Assembly (NCBI RefSeq): GCF_028641065.1 | Contig: NC_073400.1 | Location: 20,212,001 to 20,276,000 of the forward strand | DNA length: 64,000 nt | Origin: Leucoraja erinacea | Lineage: Eukaryota | Reading direction: 5' to 3' | Part shown: piece by piece, positions 1 to 20,400 of the stretch | Position numbering within the stretch: the first letter of the stretch is position 1 | How the letters are laid out: every line of letters starts with the position of its first letter | The notes under the pieces: generated by a model | Told to the model about the DNA's origin: nothing | Database searches by the model: none | What the model saw: the letters and a program-made list of their open reading frames with translations, nothing else | Program-made: the position numbers and the translations under genes

Positions 1-209
1 GCAGCTCTCTTTAAAACCTGGAGATGTAACAGGGGATAGCTAAATAGCATTGTTCTTAGACCTAGAGATGCGAGGTCTGTAGGCATTATTAGAGCCTGGG
101 TATCATGTTAGTCTAGATCTGGTCGAAAAGGGACTGGTTCTGATGTGATCTGTTTGTGACCTGGGAGTTACACATGGTCCCGGCACTGGGATCATTGTGT
201 TGAGAATTA

Positions 210-7092
<6,883 letters not shown>

Positions 7093-8099
7093 TTTGGCTA
7101 GGAGCAAGATTACTGTGGACAAAATTGAAGTAGAACAAGAGTTATATTCTAACCTTTACTGGAAATTCAGGACCCACTACAGTTCATTCCAGCTACCGCA
7201 CCATGCAAAGGGCTTCCTTGAAGCCTGAGGTACATGCAGACCACCAAACATCATTAAATTGCCTCAAATCCTACCTAGCTCATCTATCCCTCCAGTCCTA
7301 TGAACAAACTGCCGATTGATCCTGACAAACATTCCTTAAACTTCCCATTCCTTCTCTCATTATCCTCCATTCATCCTTTTATCCTGCACAACTTTCCCTT
7401 TCCCCTCCTCTTTCTTCTTACAGCACTATCTTCCTTCTGTCATCCTTTATATTTATCCATCTCTACCTCTCACTGCCCCCCCCATCATTCTCCACAGCCC
7501 TTCACTGCTCCCCTTTGTCTGTGATCCGTTTTCTGCCTCCCCGAACTCATCCCTCCCCTGAACTATCATTCACCTAACGACCCTCCCCCTCTCCATTACC
7601 CTCCCTCTCCATTACCCTCCCTCCCTACCCCAACCGCTTCTCCTATACCTCACCCTCATATCCCTCCCTTACATATCCCCCCCCTTACCCATAATTCCCC
7701 CCCACCTCTCGCCCATCAATTCTCCCTCCCTCACCTCCCCCCCAGCCTTCACAACATCCTCACCACCCCCCTCAACCCTCACAACATCCCCTCACCCCCC
7801 AAACTTCGCAACCCTTCCCCCACATCCCCACTACCCGCAACCGCACTTGCAATCCCCTGCATTTCGTTGTCTCTGTACTGTACACTGCCAATGACAATTA
7901 AAGTTGAATCTGAGTCTCAATCTGATCTTCCCTCACCCCTACCCGCCCTCACAATACTCTCCCCTCTCCCCCCCCCCCCCCCCATCCACAACCCCCTTAC
8001 ATCACCCGCTCAGTAATTCTACCCCGCCAACCACCTCCCCAACCTTCTCAACTCGCCCTCACATTCCCCTCCCATCTCCCCCTCAGTCATCCCTACCTC

Positions 8100-8610
8100 A
8101 CCCCTTCTACCGAGTAGCTTTCCCCCCACGGCCTATCCAGTCGCACCCAAAGATCCGCTCCTCTATAATCTTTGGTCGCACCGATCCGCAGACGGACACG
8201 TCACGGCGGAGGTGACGTCGGAACAACCGGAAGTGGGGCGGAGGTGACGTCGGAACAACCGGAACTCGGGCGGCGGCGCGGGTAGACGTGACGTCGCAAC
8301 AACAACAGGGTGCGATCAATCGGAGAGGGAAGTGGCGGAACCCAACTCGCTAAATGCAACAACAAAGCAAGCAATAGCCACAAGCGCGTAATTAAATGTA
8401 ATGCCTATAACTGGAACTAATGCAATCGATAAATACACTCCGAATAAAAAGCTAAGGATTGAACAACTGCATTAAATGCCGTAAGCAGAATACTTTAAAG
8501 ACAACGCGAACTGACCAGCAACACTTGGGCGCATCCACTACATCCGGCACTCCGAACTCTCTTCCGGGCTGGAAAGAGGGCAAACTTCCGGGAAAAGCAA
8601 CAGAATGGGA
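8100..8610. promoter_or_regulatory. CpG-rich bidirectional promoter shared by COPA and NCSTN
   Basis: CpG-dense region between divergent genes. Repeated TGACGTC (CRE-like), CCGGAAGT/ACTTCCGG (ETS-like) and GGGGCGG motifs. Candidate non-coding COPA exon donor (minus-strand GTGAG) at 8101-8097. Confidence 0.8.
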
Positions 8611-8653
8611 ATGGAGGTGGCGGTGCGCTGGATCAGCGCGGCGCTTTTTATTG
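8605..8653 (+). CDS. NCSTN: NCSTN exon 1 (signal peptide [16 protein letters not shown]; alternative ATG at 8611)
   Basis: ATG downstream of ETS motifs; GTGAG donor in phase 1 matching exon 2. Confidence 0.8.
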
Positions 8654-11600
8654 GTGAGCAGGATGATGGAGCGAGGGGGCAGCGAAGATGAGGGAGGGAT
8701 GAGTTAGAGAGAGGGGATTGTAGGGAGTGAGTGGTGGTGGGGGGAGGGAGAGAGTATGGGCGGCGAGGAAGGGTAAGATGGATGGAGCAAGTTCAGGGGA
8801 AGTGGGATGGTGAAAAGAGGGGGGAGGATGCCACGGGGTAGCAAGAGGTTAATGAGGGAGGCCAGGGAATGAGGGAGAAAGAGATAGGGTGGGGAGGGGT
8901 TTAGTGAAGGAGGTGGGTGCCCTAAGGAAGGTGCCACCAATGTTGTTGAGGAGGCATATAAGTAGTGCTGGGAGTGGGAGGCCGCTCTTGTCAGCAGACT
9001 CACTCCTGACTGTCCTGTGATCTTGCCCTCAGGCCTCTGCTCTGCCAACTCTGTCGAGAAGAAGATCTACATCACCCTGAATGCGACCGCTCCCTGCGTC
9101 CGGCTTATGAATGCTACCCACCAGATCGGCTGCCAGTGTGAGTCTGGTTTGGGGAGGGTGATGGGTCGGATGTGGAGAGAAGCGCACATAGAGAGTGGCT
9201 GCAAGGGTAGTGGGTTATGTGGGTGGCTGGTTTGTGTGTTGGCTGTGCGTGTGGGATGGATGCTTGGGGTGTAAACGAGGGAGCCATGGGTGAGAGGAAT
9301 GTTAAACTGGGGTGTTGTTTAACGTTCCCTCCATCACAGTGAGGATGTGCTTGGTGAACTCACTGTGGTGGATGATTAATTTGTGTTTATTGTATGTTTT
9401 GTTATTATTGATTCTGTGTGTGACTGCAGGCAACATAATTTTGTTCAAACCGAAAGGTCTGAATGACAATAAAGGATCTATCTATCTATCTATTGTTGTT
9501 CAGCCATCTGATATATTTTCCTCCCCTCTCACCCTCAGCCTCCCTCAGCGGTGACACTGGGGTGATCCACCTGGTCGAGCAAGAGTCTAACCTCAGCTGG
9601 GTGTTGAGTGACGGTCCCAACCCTCCCTACATGGTCCTTTTGGAGAGCAACATGTTTACACGGTGAGTGGGCCTCCATGCTAACCCCGTGGATCTTAGCT
9701 GTGAGCCCCACAAGCACAGGAAGATTCTGCTACATTTAATCTGGGTTACACCTCCTTTGCTTCATTCCATTCTCTCCCCCATCTTCCGCTTGTTCTCCTT
9801 CCTCTCCCATTATCCTCACCCAGCCCCCTCGCCCCTGGGCTCTTTCTGAGGATATCGCCCCTAGTCTTGCTTTCCCTGCTGTATGTTCCCTCAGGGACGT
9901 GATGCTGAGTCTGAAGTCATCCAGTCGCGTGTCTGGCGTAGCTGCGATCCTGCCGCCCTCTCCAGCTCCCGGACAACTTTCACCTGATCTCAAGTGCCCC
10001 AACGATGGTTTTGGTAAGTGTTCGCCCATCCTTCTGAACCCTCCTTCCGTCCACCAACCCTCCTCCTTGCTCCACCCCCGTCTCCATTGACTCTTACACA
10101 CATCTGTAGATACACCGTAGTAAACTTACTGTCGGGTTGCTTCACAGCTTGGTTTTGGATTGTAAAATACTGCAGTTGTAGATGCAGCCCATTCCATTGC
10201 ACAGACCAGATTCCCCTCCATTAGAAACATAGAACATGTGTGCAGTAGTAGGCCATTCGGCCCTTCGAGCCTGCACCGCCATTCAATATGATCATGGCTG
10301 ATCATCCAACTCGGTATCCTGTACCTGCCTTCTCTCCATACCCACTGATCCCTTTAGCCATAAGGGCCACATCCAACTCCCTCTTAAATATAACCAATGA
10401 ACTGGCCTCAACTACCTTCTGTGGCAGAGAATTCCAGAGATTCACCACTCTCTGTGTGAAAAATGTTTTCATCATCTCGGTCCTAAAAGATTTCCCCCTT
10501 ATCCTTAAACTGTGACCCCTTGTTCTGGACTTCCCCAACATCAGGAACAATATTCCTGCATCTAGACTGTCCAACCCCTTAAGAATTTTGTACGTTTCTA
10601 TAAGATCCCCCCTCAATCTTCTGAATTCTAGCGAGTACAAGCCGAGTCTATCCAGTCTTTCTTCATATGAAAGTCCTGACATCCCAGGAATCAGTCTGGT
10701 GAACCTTCTCTGTACTCCCTCTATGGCAAGAATGTCTTTCCTCAGATTAGGAGACCAAAACTGCACGCAATACTCCAGGTGTGGTCTCACCAAGACCCTG
10801 TACAACTGCAGTAGAACCTCCCTGCTCCTATAGTCAAATCCTTTTGCTATGAATGTTAACATTGACTCCATCTACACTTCACGTTGCCTCTGGAAAGCTA
10901 ACGTAATTAAATACTTTTCCCACCACGGTCATTCTGCCTTCTCTATGTTCCAATCGGGCAGAACATATAAAAACTTGAAAACATGCACCATCAGACTCGG
11001 GAAGACATTCTTTCCATCTGTTATCGGGCATTAGCCAGGGCACTGTCCCGATTCTCCAACCTACCTCATTGTGAACATTGAACTATTACTCTGTCATGCT
11101 GAAAACTATATTCTGTACTCTGTATCTTTCCCTTCACTCTACCTGTTGTACTTGACTTCGGCTTAATAGTATTATCTGATTTGATTAGATGGCATGCAAA
11201 ACAAAGCTTTCCCCTGTGCCTTCAAATACATGGCAATAATAAACCTAAATGTAAATACAGACATGGGCTGATCAGTTGCTGAGGAGTTGTGAATGGAACT
11301 GAACGTGTAGATCATCAGTGACCCATTCTGACCTTCAGATGGAAGCAGCTGAAGATGATGGGGCCCGGGACACTGCAGTGAGGAACTCCTGCAATGATGT
11401 CCTGGGGCTGTGATCAGTGACCTCTGTCACCCACACCATCTTCCTCAGTGTGAGGTTTGATTACAGCCATTGAAGTGTTTTCCTTTTGCTGCCCACCTCC
11501 ATATGACGCATCAATGGATCCACCTTCCTGAACATTTTGATTTTTAAAAACCCTGCAAATTCGAACAGAATTATAATTTTGTTAATCATAATAGTCAGTG

Positions 11601-14407
11601 TAGAAATGGGCCCTTTGGCCCAACTCGCCCACACTGGCCAACATGTCACTGCTCCAAGGTAGACGCAAAATGCAGGAGTAACTCAGCGGGTCAGGCAGCA
11701 TCTCTGAAGAGAAGGAATGGGTGACGTTTTGAGTCGAGACCCTTCTTGAAGGTATGTCAAGAGTGTTTTATTGTCTTTTGTCCCAGATAGAACAATGAAA
11801 TTCCTACTTGCTGCAGCAGAACCGAATATACAAACATAGTATGATATGACAAACAAGAGAGAGAAAAGAAAAGCTCATTGTGTGTGTATATATACACATA
11901 CTCACAACATACCCATATTATATGTATGTATATGTGTGTGTATTTGACCCTATCTCCCTGCCACTCCTTTAAGCACTTTTAAGGAACCATACACCTTCAC
12001 TCCTAGATCCCTCTCCTCGACAACACTACCCAGGGCCCTACCATTCACTGTATAGGTCCTGCCTATGTTAGACTTCCCAAAATGTAACATTTCTTTATCC
12101 TAAGTTCTCTCGACCATTCCTCAGCCCACCTGGCCAATCGATCAAGATCCAACTGCAATTTATCACAACCACCTTCACTATCTGCAAAAACACCCACTTT
12201 TGTATCATCAAACTTGCTAACCTTGCCATGTATGTTCTCATCCAAATCATTGATACAGATGACAAACAATAATGGGTCCAGCACCAAACCATGAGGCAAA
12301 CCACTAGTCACGGGCCTCCAGTCCGAGAAGCAACCTTCCTCCATCAACCTTTGCTTCTTGTCATGAAGCTGATTTTCTATCCATTCAGCTATCTCGCTTT
12401 GGATCCCATGCGACCTAACCTTTCAGAGCAGCATACCATGCGGAACCTTGTCGAATACTTTGATGAAGTCCAAAGGTTGATGAGGGTAGACCTGTAGATG
12501 TACCCTCATCAACCTTTTTGGTCCCGTCTTCAAAAAAACTTAATCAAACTGGTTGGACACGACCTCCCAAGTAGAAAACCATACTGACTGTTCCTAATCA
12601 GCCCATGTCATCTAAATACCTGTATATCCTATCCTTCAGAATACTCTCTAGTAACTTTCCAACTACGGATGTTAAGCTCACTGGCCCATAGTTCCCAGCA
12701 TTTTCCTTGCAGCCCTTCTTGAATAGAGGCAAATTTCCGGCACCTGTATTTAAAGACTACTCGTAAATTTCAACCAGGGCTCCCACAATTTCCTCTCTTG
12801 TTTCCCACAATGTCCTCGGATATATATGATCAGGCCCATGAGATTTATCCACCATCATACATGATATTACCTTCAGCACCTCTTCGACTGTAGCACTGAC
12901 TACTCTCGTGACACTTCCAATGACTGCCCCAAGTTCCTCCGTCCTCCTGTCTTTCTCCTTGGCAAATACAGATGAGATATACTAATTAAGGGCCTTGCCC
13001 ATTTCCTGTGGCTCCACTCAGAGGTGACTGATTGCTGATGGATCCCACTCTAGTTACCCTTTTCCCCCATGTGTCTTTATAATAATTGAACAGATAAGTT
13101 GCAACATGTATAGCATTTAGTAATTGCAATAACTGCACACCAATTTTTCTAGATGCATCTTTAGTGGAGGTTGGTGAGGCGTTTAATGAGGTAGGAGCAG
13201 GGTATAGGAGGGGGACGGGGGAGGATGTTTCGGGAGGTAAGATATGGAGGTGTTTAGGGGAAAGATATTTTGGGAGGGTGATGTTGGGGTGTAGAGGATT
13301 AAGGAGGTAAGGGGAGGATTTTATTAGAGAGGTAGTGTAAGTGGATTTTAGGGAAGACGGTGTTCTTTGGAAGGCAGTGGGGAGGGTGTATAGGCAGCTG
13401 GAAGAGGGGGGTGTTTAGGGAGGTGGGATAGGTTTAGGGCAGGTGGCGTTGTTTCGGGCCGCAGAGGCAGGGTCTGTGTTTAGGAAGGGACAGGGAGGTG
13501 GATGGAGAGACAATGCAGCTGCTGAGGGGGCTTTCCATCAGGGTTAGATTAGGTGGTGGGGAAAGGGCTGGGAATAGAATCCATTGGGCTGCTCTAGACA
13601 GGGACCGTATGGATTCAGGTAGGTCGCCCCCGCCCTGATGAATGCGCTGAATACCGAGGGAGATAAGAGATTGCAGTGTTGAGGGTTTTGGAGAATGGGT
13701 CAGACTGGCCCTGATCTCAGTGATCACAGGTTCAAAGTGCTGAGTGGTCTATTCTGGGTCAGTTTATTCTGCACTTGTGTACTTGCAGGGCTATATTCCC
13801 TGAATTACGGGCCTGAGTACGCCCATTGCAACGAGACCCTCTGGAACCCCGAGGGCAACGGCCTCTCCTACGATGACTTCCCCTTCCCGGTCTTTATGCT
13901 GAAGGACGAGAACGAGACACAGGTCATCCGCCAGGTGAGACGGCATGTGCAATGGGAACTGCAGGAGGCCATTCAGCCCTATGCAGGGTTTACTGCACCG
14001 GAGGTTAACACAGGAGGCTATTCCGTCCCTCTCCAGCATGCTACACAGCATCATGAAGGGACTCTTCCTCCCTGTCCCACAGGAACAGGAGGCCATTCAG
14101 GCCCATTGGAAGCAGTCGCATAGGAACAGGAAGAGGCTCTCGGCTTTTCTTATCCGTTGATGGGATAAGTGGGCGGTGAGGTAATGGTCAGACAGAATGT
14201 GCCACCCAGTGTGATTGACACTGTTCACCTCCCATCACCAGTGTTACAAGGACCACAACCACCCGAGGGAGGGCGCAGCACCGGCGTTCCCGCTCTGCGC
14301 CATGCAACTGTCGTCCCACATGCATGGGGTGAAGGACACGGTGACGTGTATGAGGCGCAGCAGGGGGCAGGTCTCCATCACACTCAACACTGGTGAGTGG
14401 CCTCCGC

Positions 14408-14460
<53 letters not shown>

Positions 14461-17400
14461 TACCCATCCCAACCCTTTTCTGGTCTCTTCCTCTGCAACC
14501 CCGCTTACCCCCTCCCCCGCCGCTCAGCTTGCCCCCTCCCCGGCAGCCCTGCCCCCCCATTTCCCGCAGCCCAGCTCCCCCCCCCCCCCCCCCCCCCCCT
14601 GACAGCCCACCTCACCCTGCTCACTGACGGCCCAGCCCGCCCCCTCCCTGGCAACCAGCTCGCCCAACTCATCCTCTCCCCCATGACCCCATTCCAAGGC
14701 ACTTCTCCCATTGCTTTCCCCTCCCCCTCATCTTGTTCTTCTTTCCTCACTCTGTTACAGACGATGTCTGTGACCCGCTGTCGGACTTCAACGTCTGGAC
14801 GACCACTCAGCCCATCAATAAGTCTGGTGTTGCTAGTCCGGAGGATCGCTTTGTTGTGGCTGCAGCCCGGGTGAGTATTGGGACAGGAGTCTGACTGTGC
14901 TTTCTCCTGTCAATCTTGGCAGTCATTCTTTCTCCCCACCCCGCTCGCACATACTGGAAGACTACCCTCCGCCCGATACGTTTTCCCCTACTCCTCACCA
15001 AGGCACAGGCCAAATCCTTTCAGCACCTTCAGACCACATCCCTGGCTCCCTGTCCGTCCACATCCACCCTCCCTCGTCTATCCTTTTCATACCTCTCGTT
15101 TCCATCTCCCCTCACTCTCAGTCTGAGGAAGGGTCTCGACCTGAAACATCACCTATTTCTATTCTCCAGAGATGCTGACTGACCTGCTGAGTTACTCCAG
15201 CAGTTTAGTCTTTCTTCTGCACCCACTAAGCTGACCCTTGCTGCAGCCCTGCCCTCTGCCATATTGATGCCCATGTCTGCGCACACACACACGTCCAGTA
15301 CACTGCACACAGGCTTAGCCCCTTCCTTTTTGAAATGTCCTCAACTTCTATAACAATAATGTGCTAACCTGTCTTGCAGCTGGATAGCCGCTCCTTCTTT
15401 TGGGAAGTTGCTCCGGGCACCGACAGCGCCGTCTCTGGATTTATCGTGCTCCTAGCTGCGGCTGAGGCCCTTGCTCGGACCCCTGATGTCGAGTCTCTGC
15501 CGAAGAACATCATGTTCCTCCTCTTCCAGGGGGTGAGCTCCCTGAGCCAGGCTGCTCCACACTATCCCGTCATGCACTCTCAGGGCATTCTACACTGTCC
15601 TGTGACACACTCCCTAGGGCACGGGATAGGCACGGAATGAAACCCCTCTACAATATCTTGTCACAGTGAAGAATGAAGCTCCTGTCACTCCGTCCTGTCT
15701 AACTCACTGGGCATGGTTAGACACATGGGGTGAAGTTTTCTCTGCATTGTTCTGTCACACACTCTCAAAGCACAGGGTAAACACAGAGGTAAACTCCGCT
15801 GTTCCATTACACCCTCTCAAGGCACAGTAGAAACTGAACTTCCGTCTACACTGTCCCGTCACATGGACACAGGGCAGACACAGAGTGAAGCCCTTCACAC
15901 CGTCCCATCTACCTCACTGGGTGCAGTTAAACACATGAAGTGAAGCTTCCTTTACACTGTTCCGTCACGCACGGGTTAGACACAGACACACAGTGAAGCT
16001 TCCTCTGCACCGTTCGGTCACACATCCCAGACCACAGTGTAGACAAGGACACAGCGTAAAGCTTCCTCCATCCCATCACACACTGCCAGGGCATGGGGTA
16101 GTACATGTTAGAATGAGCTTTGCTGATTTTGTTTTTTTCCTTGCCTTTGCCCCGCACCACTCCCCAGGAGACATTTGACTACATTGGCAGCTCTCGGATG
16201 GTTTATGACATGACCAACGGTAAATTTCCCATTGCGTTGGAGAACATAGATTCCTTCATAGAGTTAAATCAGGTACGCTGTTTATGTGACAACCTAGGTC
16301 AGGTAGTATGTCTCAGACCAGGAGATGCATTCAGGGGGTGAAGTAAGAGGTGGGTGAGAGAGGTATGGAGAACTAGAGAACCGAGTTAAGAAGGGGTCAA
16401 AAACGATGTTGGAAAGAATGGGATTAAATCAGGTTCAATATTAAAAGTTGTGAGGAAAGATGGTGTATTACAGCACGCGGGACGCGATGATAGATTGGAC
16501 ATAAGGGGGCGGTGGGGGGGGATAGGCTCTAGAGTGAATGTGGTATTAATAAGTGTGTGAGGAGTAGGTGCAGAGAGGCAATAGATTAGGTGTGGTTTTA
16601 AAGGGTGCTGTCGTGTTGGAAGACTTAGATTAGATGAGGTGAGATGTTGAAGAGTAAAGCGGGGTGGGATGGAACTGTGGGATTAGAACCCATGGGCTGG
16701 AAATGGCTGCAGCAATTTGGGACTGGTTGTGAGGTTTGATAAATTGCAACTGCCTGATGTTTTTAAATTACAGATTGGCATTGGAACATCGTCAGAAATT
16801 TGGGCTCATACTGATCCAGTTTCATTGCGCAATTCCACAGTAAATGAACAGGTAGGATTGTCCTTGGCCTGCTCTGCCGATGTTTTTAAAATTCTACAGA
16901 TTGGCATTGGAACATCGTCAGAAATTTGGGCTCATACTGATCCAGTTTCATTGCGCAATTCCACAGTAAATGAACAGGTAGGATTGTCCTTGGCCTGCTC
17001 TTGCCGAAAGGTGTTTGGGGGTTTGAATTCTCTACACATATCAGCAGTACCAGCACACATAGTCTCCTGCCTCTACTTCTACCCTCCAACGACACATTCT
17101 CCTGGCACGGGTAATGAAGATTGACGAGGGAGGAGGGTGCACTAGGGAACTGGACCTCCATCTTCCTTACCAGCCTTACGTGTGGCACCTTATCAAAGGC
17201 TTTCTGAAAATCTAAGTAAACAACATCTACTGACTCTCCTTTGTCTGTCCTGCTATTTACTTCTTCAAAAAATCCCATTTGTCAAGCAAGACCTTCACAA
17301 AGCCATGCTTACTTCTGCTTATTTTATTGTGAACCAAGTACTCCGTAACCTCATTCTTTATAATGGACTCTAAAATCTTACCAACCACCGAAGTCAGACT

Positions 17401-20400
17401 AACCGGCCTATAGTTCCCACTGTTCTGCCTTGATCCCTTCTTGTGTAGCGGGGTAATATTGGCATTTTTCCAATCATCCGGGACCACTCCTGTCTCGAGT
17501 GATTCTTGAAATATCACTGTCAATGCATCCACAATCTCTTAAGCCACCTCTTTCAAAACCCTCTGGTCCAGGTGACTTATCCACCTTCAGCCCTTTCAAC
17601 TTCCCAAGCACCTTCTCCCTCGTAATAACCACTCCACTAACTTCCATCCCCTGACTGCTTTGAATTGCTGGTGTCTTCCACTGTGAAGACTGATGCAAAA
17701 AAGTTATTCAACTTCTCTGCCATTTCTTAATTCCCCATTGTCACTTCTCCTGCATCATTCTCCAGCGGCCCAACTTCCACTCTTGCCTCTTTCTTACTCT
17801 TTATATAACTGAAGAAAATCTTGCTATCCTCGTTTATATTATTGGATAGCTTACCGTCGTATTTTCATCCTTTCTCCCCGCATTGCCTTTTTAGTTACTG
17901 CATCCTGCATAGGTAGTTTTGGACTATTCCCATAAATTAGTGCTATTGCTCAGTTGGGGAGGAGGCACAACAGTCATCCCTTAATCTAGGGTTTGAAATC
18001 CCTTCCGACAAGTGGTCTGGTCCAAGGCTTTCGGATCAGTATTAAAATTGGCTTAGTATCCCTAGTTATACCCTTCTCTGTTGGTCCTTTTGAGCCATGG
18101 TCACCGTCATCCCCTTAGGCCAGGGGCACTTTGGCTCCACCCTGTGCTCAGTTGCAATACCGACACATCCATTTTCACTGTTTCCCTCTCAAATTGTAGA
18201 TTAAAACTTATGTTGTAGTTGCTACCTCCTAATGGTTCCTTTACCTTTAGTTCCTGTATCAAATCCGGTTCATTACATAACAGTAAATCCAGAATTGCAT
18301 TTGCCCTGGTAGGCTGCTCTAAGTATCCATCTTGGAGGCACTCTACAAATTCCCTTTCTTTGGGTCCAGTACCAACCTGATTTCCAGTCTACCTGCATAT
18401 TGAACTCTCCCATTGCGTTTTTTACATGCCAATTTTATCTCCTGATGTAACTTGTACCCTATACCTGACTACTGTTTGTAGGCCTGCAAATAACTACAAT
18501 TAGACTGTTTTTATGCATAATTTCACAAATGTATCCACAATGACTCTATATCTTCTGATCCTATGTCACCCCTCACTAAGGACTGGATTTTATTCCTAAC
18601 CAACAGAGCTATCCCACCCACTCTGCCCACCATCCAGTCTTTCCGACAGGACGTATAACCCCGAATATTCAGCTCGCTCTCAGTAACCCCTTCGTTCGAT
18701 ATTGATGCCTTCTTTCTGACCCCCTTTTGATACTGGCATACTCAAAGTGATTCCTGATAATACTAATACCCTCAAGATGTGTCCCCATAAATATTGACAC
18801 ACTCAAGGCGAGCTGCTGTAAATGTTGACCCACTCAAGGTGAGCCCGTGTCCATGTATACACTCTCCCGATGACACCCTGTTACACATCGTCGATTTATA
18901 CCACCAGGGAATATGGAAGTGAAGGTTCTGGGCCTGACGGTTTTGTCCGGCAGGTTATTGAGGAAGGGAGACGCATGTATTGGAGACCTGGAGCTTGCTG
19001 CCATTCAGAATGTTGGAACAGGAAATGATTGATAGTTTTTCCACTGTAATGAGATTGGCAGGAATAGACATTTGCTGGGGAGGGGGCAGATGAAGGTGTT
19101 GAGGTTGCCTGGGTCGTTGTATGGAACCCCTCGCTGAGCTGTGTGTCGTGTGCTGGAATAATTTTCTGTTGGCTGTAGGTTCAGAAGCTGCTGGCGTCCT
19201 TCTCCAAAGTCACAGCCGGAATGAACATCAGCGTTCGGCAGCCGAATCAGAGCCAGCCCCTGCCCCCGTCATCTTTCCAGAGGTTCCTACGGAAGAGGAT
19301 CATCCCTGGAGCCGTACTCACCGACCACCAGGCCAGCTTCGCCAACAGGTCTGCACCCCACTGCAGTGGCACAGCCCTGCACCCTGCATGTATTGCGAAA
19401 CGGAAAGCCCCCTCTTATCCTCCAGTTCCAGGAAAGAGCCACTCGCTACTGTTCAACATGTTTCTTGATTTTCTGCTTGACAGTCAAGATGTCCCAATGC
19501 TATTGTGAGGTAGGAAACGGGGCATTTATTTGTAGGACAGCAAGTTCCCATCATCGGCAATGTTCTGACAGGATAGTGATGCCAATGGATAAATGTTAGC
19601 CTGGGATAAGTGTATGCCCCTTCCACCATTAATGCTGCCCCACAATGGTTCCATCAGTCTGACTTGGTGACCTATTTCTCAGTCAGGTAGTTATGGGACT
19701 TGGAGAGGAACATGCAGGCCTTATTCATCTTGGTGGTAGAGCTTAAGGAACCGATTGATGGGCTGCTATGTTCTGCACAGTGTCAAGTTGCCTGCACTCA
19801 TCCAGGCAAGTGGACATTGTTGCATTACACTCCTGTGTTGTGACCTGCAGATGGGGTTAAAGGCTTTTGGGTGTCAGGGAGTGAATCACTCCCACAGGTT
19901 GGCTGGCCTCTGATATGTTCATGTAATCTCACTCTCCCCTCGTACATACTCTGTATAACCCCACCCAGTCTCAACTATCTCTCCCATCACTTCCACCCGC
20001 CTTAGGTGGTTGGTCCAACTGACAAATGCAGAGAAATTTGCAGGCGTTGGGTTTGTGGAATATTCCCATGAGAAGATTGTCAGGAGTGGACACAATGGAA
20101 CCAGGGTTCGTGAAAGCGGTGGATTGGGGGAAGGTGCTTCCACCCGCGGACGGTTCACTGAACAGGAGATTGGGTTTAAATTTCCCCGCAGAAGGATGGT
20201 GTAAGGGGAAAGAGTGATGGGGAGATAGTTGATCCGTGCCCTAACAGGGAACTAAAGAAGCATTGGAGGAGTTATGGCAGAAGAGAGAAGTGGACATGCT
20301 GGACTGAAATGACGGCTGGAACTGAGACGGTTCTATGAGCCAACAACACTTTAAATCCTGTAACTTATTATCCTAGGTATTACCAGAGTGTGTACGATCT

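Noticed and set aside
10302-10871. 189-aa and 183-aa (51737-52288) open RT-like ORFs as host or domesticated genes
   Set aside because: They are 5'-truncated CR1-like LINE ends with typical tails; open frames reflect young age.
14188-14874. Long poly-Pro/poly-Gly ORFs (also 3235-3763, 23786-24543, 40556-41047)
   Set aside because: Translations of poly-C/G tracts and intron read-through around real exons; no independent gene evidence.
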